Below, piece after piece: positions 58,005-64,000 of a stretch of 64,000 bases of DNA. Source of the DNA: an uncultured Spirochaetota bacterium (lineage in GTDB: Bacteria > Spirochaetota > Spirochaetia > SZUA-6 > Fen-1364). The stretch covers positions 192,001 through 256,000 of the forward strand of contig CAWGAA010000002.1 of the NCBI GenBank assembly GCA_963820525.1, in the 5' to 3' direction. The notes beneath the pieces were generated by a model. That model saw only the letters and a list, made by a program, of their open reading frames with translations, had not been told where the DNA came from and made no database searches. Numbering within the stretch: the stretch's first letter is position 1; each line of letters begins with the position of its first letter. A program made the position numbers and the translations under genes.

Positions 58005-59816
58005 TTACGCCAGCGGAAACGTGACGCAGAAACTCGTCTTCTCACCCGGAATGCTCTTGAAGGATATCTCGCCCTCATGCTCCTTGACGATCTGCTGGCA
58101 TATGGACAAGCCGAGCCCGGCATTCCTTTTGTTGATCTTCGTGCTGAAGAAGGGCTGAAAAACCCTGTCGTGGATATTGCCGGGGATGCCGTAGCCGTTG
58201 TCGCTGATGATGACCTTGACGCAGCCCTCTTTCTTCTCCGAGTGGATCATCACCTCGAGGTTTCCCTCGTCGAGCATGGCCTCGATGCCGTTATTGATCA
58301 GATTGATGAAGAGCTGCGTAAGCCGGTTCTCGTCGCCGACAATCTCCGCATCGTAGTCGTCCGTCTTTTTTTCGAGCCGGATGTTCTTCTGAGAAAGGCT
58401 GTGGTTGAGAAGCAGGAGGACTTCCTCCAGCAGGACGGCAATGCGGATCCTTTTTTTCGGCAGTTCCCCGATCCGTGAAAAGGAGAGAAGGCTATTGACG
58501 ATCTTCACGATGCGATCCACTTCCTTCTCGATGTCGGTGAGCTTTTCCCTGACCGCCGGGCCCACGGGCTCCCCTTCAATGAGTTCGAAGGTATTCTTGA
58601 TGATGTACAGGGGATTGTTGATCTCGTGAGCGACTCCAACCGCCACTTCGGCTACCGACGCCATTTTCTCGCTCCGGGCAAGGTAGCTCTTGAGATAGTG
58701 CTCCACAGATACGTCCTGAATGAGGATGGTGTTGCCGAAGAAACCGGAATCGGCGTCCCGAAAGCGGACGATGCTGATTTTCACTAGCGCTTTCTGCGCG
58801 AGGGAGACGTTGTCCCAGCTTGCTTCCTCCCCGGCGTCGAGTTTCCGCTTGATCTCTCCAAGGATCTCGCGATTGATTCCATCCAGGATCTTTGAAAGGG
58901 GCATCTTGATGATGGAGTCATGCCCGAGATTCAATATTCTCAGGGCGGCGAAGTTGACCAGCTGCACCCTGGCCTTCAGATCGAGGATGATGACCCCGAT
59001 CGGCAGGTGCTGGATGACGCTTTCGATGTACCGGCGGATGACCAGAAACCTCTTGGCGTCCTCACTGAGCCTTTTCTTGTTGACGGCAAAGGAATAGGTG
59101 AGCTCGAAGAGGCGGTACTTGTCCAGGTCCTTGACCACTTCGGTGCCTCTGCGATAGCCGTCTTTCAATATGGTGACTCGATCGGCGAGATGCAGCACCT
59201 CGTCCATGTTGTGCGTGATATAGATGACGCTTCCGCCGCTCTGCTTCTTCTCCCTGATGATTCTGTAGATGGGCGCCATCTCGTCCGGGGTGAGCTTGTT
59301 GGACACCTCGTCGAAGATGATGAGCCGCGGATCCATCATCCATATCCTGGCCAGTTCCACCATGTACTGCTGGGAGAGGGAGAGCTTGTACATCGGAATG
59401 CCGGGATCGAAACAGAGGTTCAATTTCTCGAAAAGGGCGAGGGTGCTGCGCATCATTTTCGCGTAGTCAATGAAGCCGAGGCGGCTGGCGATCATTTGCC
59501 CGGCGAAGATGTTCTTGACCGCGTCAAGGTTCGGGATGATGTTCAGATCCTGATACACCATCCCGATTCCATGCAGGGTCGACGTTCGCGTGGTGAAATT
59601 CGCAATACCCTTGCCGTCGAATATGATCTCTCCATCCTTTTTCCGCACGGCTCCGCTCAAGACCTTGGCCAGGGAAGATTTCCCCGCCCTGTGCTCGCCG
59701 ACGAGCGCGTGAACTTCGCCGCGATAGAGATCGAAATCGATACCTCTCAAGGCTTGGATGTCGTTGTACGTGACATGAATGTTTCGCATCTGAAGCAGGA
59801 GCTTCTCCGACTTCAT
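58005..59816 (-). CDS. Fusion: RbsA-like ABC NBD + PAS + HisKA + HATPase_c (soluble histidine kinase)
   Basis: GEHRAGKS, MVYQ, LSLSQQYMVELAR, IIFDE, ITH; PAS HLPIGVIILD...VNFAA; H-box VAHEINNPL, N QLFINLINNG, G1 DNGYGI, F QPFFSTK, G2 AGLGL. No TM helix seen. Confidence 0.9.
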   Translation of the reverse strand: MKSEKLLLQMRNIHVTYNDIQALRGIDFDLYRGEVHALVGEHRAGKSSLAKVLSGAVRKKDGEIIFDGKGIANFTTRTSTLHGIGMVYQDLNIIPNLDAVKNIFAGQMIASRLGFIDYAKMMRSTLALFEKLNLCFDPGIPMYKLSLSQQYMVELARIWMMDPRLIIFDEVSNKLTPDEMAPIYRIIREKKQSGGSVIYITHNMDEVLHLADRVTILKDGYRRGTEVVKDLDKYRLFELTYSFAVNKKRLSEDAKRFLVIRRYIESVIQHLPIGVIILDLKARVQLVNFAALRILNLGHDSIIKMPLSKILDGINREILGEIKRKLDAGEEASWDNVSLAQKALVKISIVRFRDADSGFFGNTILIQDVSVEHYLKSYLARSEKMASVAEVAVGVAHEINNPLYIIKNTFELIEGEPVGPAVREKLTDIEKEVDRIVKIVNSLLSFSRIGELPKKRIRIAVLLEEVLLLLNHSLSQKNIRLEKKTDDYDAEIVGDENRLTQLFINLINNGIEAMLDEGNLEVMIHSEKKEGCVKVIISDNGYGIPGNIHDRVFQPFFSTKINKRNAGLGLSICQQIVKEHEGEISFKSIPGEKTSFCVTFPLA

Positions 59817-59829
59817 ACGAGACGACGCC

Positions 59830-61146
59830 TCACGAGCCGATATTGTATCGCTTCATCTTGCGATAGAGGGTTTTTCGGTCTATTTTCAACATCACGGCAG
59901 CTTTCCGCTTGACGCCCCCGCTTCTCCTCAGCGCCTCAACAATGATGTCCCGTGCGCTCGTCTGGTAGCGCACATCCAGGGGCGGTTCGCCGTCCGTTTC
60001 CTTCAAGGCCTGATACTGCTCAGGGATCACCGGGACATCGATCACCTCATCCTCGCAGAATATCACCGCCCGCTCGATGAGGTTCCTGAGCTCTCGCACG
60101 TTCCCCGGCCAATCATGGCCGAGGAGCATGGAGCGCACCTGCTCCGAAATGCCCCGGATCCGTTTCCCGTACCTCTCGTTGAACTCGCGAAGGAAATGGT
60201 CCGCCAATAGCAGAATGTCCTGCCTGCGCTCCCGCAGCGGCGGCAGATGGAGGGTCACCACGGAAAGCCGGTAGTAGAGATCCTCGCGGAATGCGCCCCC
60301 GTCAATCAGGTGCTGCAGGTTCTTGTTCGTTGCCGTCACGATCCGGCAGCCGGCCTTCAAGGTGAGCGAGCCGCCCACGCGCGTGAAACTTCCATCCTGA
60401 AGCACGCGCAGCATCTTTGCCTGGGTCTTTTGGCTCATGTCGGCGATCTCGTCAAGGAAGATCGTACCATCACCCGCGCGCTCGAACATGCCCTGTTTCT
60501 GGAATTTCGCGTCGGTGAAGGCTCCCCTTTCGTGGCCGAACATCTCGCTTTCAAGCAGATCTTCGGGAATCGCCGCGCAGTTTATCTTGATGAAGGGGCG
60601 CTCATCCCGCGCGCTGTGTTTTTGGATCAGGTCGGCGACGAGCTCTTTGCCGGTGCCGCTTTCCCCGGTGACGATGACGGCGGCGTTCGTCGGCGCCGCT
60701 TTCTTCGCCAGCTCGATCACCTTGAGCATCGCCGGGTCCTGGGTCACGATTCGGGCGCCGGCGGCCACGGGCTTTTGCAGGCCCTTCGTGCCGGCCAGCC
60801 GGTCGATCTCCGAGATCAGCTTCCTGTTGTCGATCGGCTTCGCGTAGAAGTTGAGGGCCCCGTATTTCATCGCCGTGACGACGGAGTCCACCGTAGCGTG
60901 CCCGGAGATCATGATCACGGGAATGTCCGCGTTTTCAGCCCTCACGGACCTGAGCAGATCGATACCGTCCTGTCCCGGCATCTTCACGTCGATGATCAGG
61001 AGGTCCATCGGGGCGGATCGCAAGGCAGGCAGGACTTGGAGCGTTTCCGTACAGAAGCGAGCCTCATACCCATGCCTTTTGAGAATGTCACGCAGGGTGA
61101 GGCATATTTTGGGTTCATCATCGACGATAAGCACCGTAAAGCTCAT
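59830..61146 (-). CDS. NtrC-family sigma54-dependent response regulator
   Basis: REC (VDDE, DVKMP), [27 protein letters not shown], Fis-type HTH. Confidence 0.95.
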   Translation of the reverse strand: MSFTVLIVDDEPKICLTLRDILKRHGYEARFCTETLQVLPALRSAPMDLLIIDVKMPGQDGIDLLRSVRAENADIPVIMISGHATVDSVVTAMKYGALNFYAKPIDNRKLISEIDRLAGTKGLQKPVAAGARIVTQDPAMLKVIELAKKAAPTNAAVIVTGESGTGKELVADLIQKHSARDERPFIKINCAAIPEDLLESEMFGHERGAFTDAKFQKQGMFERAGDGTIFLDEIADMSQKTQAKMLRVLQDGSFTRVGGSLTLKAGCRIVTATNKNLQHLIDGGAFREDLYYRLSVVTLHLPPLRERRQDILLLADHFLREFNERYGKRIRGISEQVRSMLLGHDWPGNVRELRNLIERAVIFCEDEVIDVPVIPEQYQALKETDGEPPLDVRYQTSARDIIVEALRRSGGVKRKAAVMLKIDRKTLYRKMKRYNIGS

Positions 61147-61211
61147 TGGCAGCGGCCATTATAGATCACAGCGCGCCAGGCCGCAAGTATCGGCAGCGAA
61201 TGAACGCCGCC

Positions 61212-61538
61212 CTATACTTTCTTGAGATCCCTCGTGAGGAAGTAGCTGAGGATCGTCCGGATGACGATGATCGCCCCGAGGATGCCGAGGCCCTCCCAGG
61301 TCGGGGTCACGACCGTCTTCACGATGTCGCTCGCTATGAAGAACTCGAGCGCGAGAACGAGGTAGCTCCCGAGCTTCAACCTGATCCTCTCGTTCGCCGC
61401 GGAACGGTCTTCAGAACCCGTGATCTCCTTCCTCAGGAAATCGACGAAAGAGAGCGCGATTCCCCAAACCGTGACAAGCGCGCCGATGGCGTTCAAACCG
61501 AGCCCGATGATGTTTATGACGATATGGAAGGTATCCAT
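61212..61538 (-). CDS. DUF1622-family membrane protein
   Basis: RLKLGSYLVLALEFFIASDIVKTV, IRTILSYFL. Confidence 0.85.
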   Translation of the reverse strand: MDTFHIVINIIGLGLNAIGALVTVWGIALSFVDFLRKEITGSEDRSAANERIRLKLGSYLVLALEFFIASDIVKTVVTPTWEGLGILGAIIVIRTILSYFLTRDLKKV

Positions 61539-61724
61539 GGACCAGCGTCCTTCATCTCGATTCTACCCCGCCAACCGGAATCGTCAAGGCCGTTTCCCGA
61601 TGCATTGTTCGGATGCATGCCTATCGGCACTTTTGCCGATTGCGCGGTGAAGCTGCGCTCGGGTACAATTGCTTCTGTCGTGGGACAATGTCCGGGAGTT
61701 GTGTTCCAAAGCGTCGAGGGGCAC

Positions 61725-63044
61725 ATGAAACAGAAGGTTCTGATCGTCGACGATGAGCTCCATATGTGCAGGTCCCTCTGCGAGCTCCTGGAATCGGAGG
61801 ACCTGGAAGCCGTTTACTCCACGGATCCCCTCGAGGCCCTCCAGATCATCTCCGAAGGCGCCGTCGACCTTCTGTTCCTCGACATCAAGATGCAGAAGCT
61901 GAGCGGCATAGACCTGCTGAAGCATGTCAAAGCCAAGGATCCAGGCATTCCCATAATCATGATTACCGGCTATCCCTCGGTGGACAACATCGTCCAATCG
62001 ATGAAGCTCGGAGCGAGCAACGTTTTCGCCAAGCCCCCGAACCTAGACGCGCTCATCAAGGACGCGAAGGTTCTGTTGGAGAGCAGGCTGCGCAGGCAGG
62101 GCAAAGGACGATCGAGCCCACAGAAGATCATCACCCAGGACCACAGGATGAAAAAGATCCTGGGAGCCATGGAGAAGTTCGCCGCCACGGATGCGCCGGT
62201 CCTGATCACGGGGGAAAGCGGGACGGGCAAGGAGCTTTTGGCCAGCGCGCTTCACGACTTGAGCCCCCGGAGGGACAACCCGTTCATCAAGGTGAATTGC
62301 GCGGCCCTGCCGGAGACTCTCCTGGAGAGCGAGCTCTTCGGCCATGAGAAAGGCGCATTCACGGACGCGTTTCATGTCAGGAAGGGCAAGTTCGAGCTGG
62401 CCAACTGCGGCACGATCTTCTTCGACGAGATCGGCGACATGTCGCTGAACAGCCAGTCCAAGATCCTGCGGGTGCTCCAGGAGCACGAGTTCGAGCGTGT
62501 CGGGGGCACGGAGGTCCTCCAGACGGACTTCCGCCTGATCGCGGCCACCAACAAGAATTTATCCGATCTCATCACTGCGGGCACGTTCCGGGACGACCTC
62601 TACTACCGCATTTCCGTGATCAGCGTCGATATGCCGCCGCTTCGGGAGCGGAAGGAAGACATCCTGCTTCTCAGCGGCTATTTCATCAGCGCCTTCAACG
62701 AGGTCTACGCCAAGCGGATCGTGGATCTGGCCGCCGATGTGAAGCAGCTCTTTTTGCGCCATCACTGGCCCGGCAACGTGCGGGAACTGCGAAACTGCAT
62801 CGAGCGGGCGGTCATCTTCTGCGAGTTGGACACCATCTCCCTGGAGGACCTCCCTTCCCAGTACACGGGCTTTGCCGGCGGTCTGCCTGCCACGGATTAC
62901 CAGCAGGCCTACGACAACCTGGACAGGGAGATCATCATGGACGCGCTCATCAGGAGCAAGGGCAAGAAGGCGAAAGCGGCGGAGCTCCTCAAGATCGACC
63001 GGCGCACTCTCTACAACCATATGAAAAGGCTCGGCCTGCGATGA
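61725..63044 (+). CDS. Second NtrC-family sigma54-dependent response regulator
   Basis: REC (VDDE, DIKM), [39 protein letters not shown]. Confidence 0.95.
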   Translation: MKQKVLIVDDELHMCRSLCELLESEDLEAVYSTDPLEALQIISEGAVDLLFLDIKMQKLSGIDLLKHVKAKDPGIPIIMITGYPSVDNIVQSMKLGASNVFAKPPNLDALIKDAKVLLESRLRRQGKGRSSPQKIITQDHRMKKILGAMEKFAATDAPVLITGESGTGKELLASALHDLSPRRDNPFIKVNCAALPETLLESELFGHEKGAFTDAFHVRKGKFELANCGTIFFDEIGDMSLNSQSKILRVLQEHEFERVGGTEVLQTDFRLIAATNKNLSDLITAGTFRDDLYYRISVISVDMPPLRERKEDILLLSGYFISAFNEVYAKRIVDLAADVKQLFLRHHWPGNVRELRNCIERAVIFCELDTISLEDLPSQYTGFAGGLPATDYQQAYDNLDREIIMDALIRSKGKKAKAAELLKIDRRTLYNHMKRLGLR

Positions 63045-64000
63045 GCGCGATTTCCTCGCCCCGGCTGGAGATGCGAGGGATCACGGTCCACTACGGCAGC
63101 GTGCTCGCCCTGGAGGACGTGGATTTCGACCTGTACCCCGCGGAGGTTCACGCCCTGGCCGGAGAGCACCGGGCGGGGAAATCGACTCTCGTGAAGCTTT
63201 TAAGCGGCGCGGTGAAGAAGGACGGCGGGCTGATCGTCTTGAACGGCTCGCCCGTCGACGGGTTCACTCCCGGCACCTCGATGCGGCACCGCATAGGGAT
63301 GGTCTACCAGGAGATGAACGTCGTTCCCACCCTGAACGCCATTGAAAACATCTTTGCCGGACAGACGCCCGTGAAGTCGTTCGGGAGGATCAACAGGGAG
63401 TGGATGATCCAGGAGGCAAAACGGCTGTTCGCCCGGCTCAAGGTGGACATCAACCTGGAAGCTCCGCTGTTCAAGCTCTCCATGGCGGAACAGCTCATGG
63501 TGGAGCTTGCACGGCTTCTCTCCATAGATCCCGAGATCCTGATTTTCGACGAGATCTCCAGCAAGCTGACTCCCGTGGAGATGGAGCGCGTGTACTCCAT
63601 CCTCTCCGAGGTGAAGGAGAAGAGCAAGAGCGTCATCTACATCTCGCACGATATGGACGAGATCTTCAGGGTGGCGGATCGGGTGACGATCCTGAAGGAC
63701 GGGCGGCGACGGGGGACGGAGGAGATCAAGGACCTCGACCGGATGAAGCTGATCAAGATGACCTATTCCTTCGTGCTCTCGCGGGAGGAGCTGGAACAGG
63801 ACAACAAGGAGCTGTTCTTCAGAAAGAGGTACAACGAGAACATCATCAAGAACCTGCCGGTCGGGGTGATCATCCTCGACAACCAGAACAGGCTGTACCT
63901 GATCAACAATCCCGCCCGCAAGATCCTGGACCTGGAGGAAAACATCGCCGCCGACAGCTACGTGACCGCCCTTTTCCTGAGGCACGAGCTTCAGGAGTAC
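63041..64000 (+). CDS. Second ABC-NBD + PAS fusion (paralog of 58005-59816); truncated by the window edge
   Basis: Manual translation, 320 open codons: GEHRAGKS, MVYQ, LSMAEQLMVELAR, LIFDEISSKLT, ISH, GRRRGTE, then NLPVGVIILD...INNPA. ATG overlaps the regulator stop. The kinase domain is inferred to lie beyond 64000. Confidence 0.85.
   Translation, partial: MSAISSPRLEMRGITVHYGSVLALEDVDFDLYPAEVHALAGEHRAGKSTLVKLLSGAVKKDGGLIVLNGSPVDGFTPGTSMRHRIGMVYQEMNVVPTLNAIENIFAGQTPVKSFGRINREWMIQEAKRLFARLKVDINLEAPLFKLSMAEQLMVELARLLSIDPEILIFDEISSKLTPVEMERVYSILSEVKEKSKSVIYISHDMDEIFRVADRVTILKDGRRRGTEEIKDLDRMKLIKMTYSFVLSREELEQDNKELFFRKRYNENIIKNLPVGVIILDNQNRLYLINNPARKILDLEENIAADSYVTALFLRHELQEY

Overview
This is a GC-rich bacterial chromosome segment, very probably from a spirochaete: it has a long-form Prs and the fliS-flgN-polA-coaE-SPOR gene order. 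Most of it is housekeeping and transport genes: glgP, a fused aroD-aroE, prs, polA, coaE, cysE-bshA, a frameshifted dinB, a Yip1/TolC/MFP/ABC exporter and phnCDE. Four accessory features stand out. (1) At 54.2-64 kb a sigma54-promoter-driven sugar ABC importer sits beside two divergent two-component modules. Each pairs an NtrC-type activator with an unusual soluble protein in which an RbsA-like ABC nucleotide-binding domain is fused to a PAS domain and a histidine kinase (the second copy is cut by the window edge). This is the best candidate for an undescribed transporter-coupled signalling system. (2) An orphan gene encodes signal peptide + coiled coil + 24 collagen triplets + a T6SS Hcp-like domain. 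(3) A 6.4 kb decayed island at 8.55-14.95 kb is bounded by 142-bp inverted repeats. It holds a tRNA-Asn 3' fragment interrupted by IS630 and a mosaic of gene fragments. (4) A structured 77-bp tandem array begins as a perfect fold-back of the preceding gene's 3' end. No rRNA, intact tRNA or CRISPR array was seen. All calls come from reading motifs by eye; no database searches were run.
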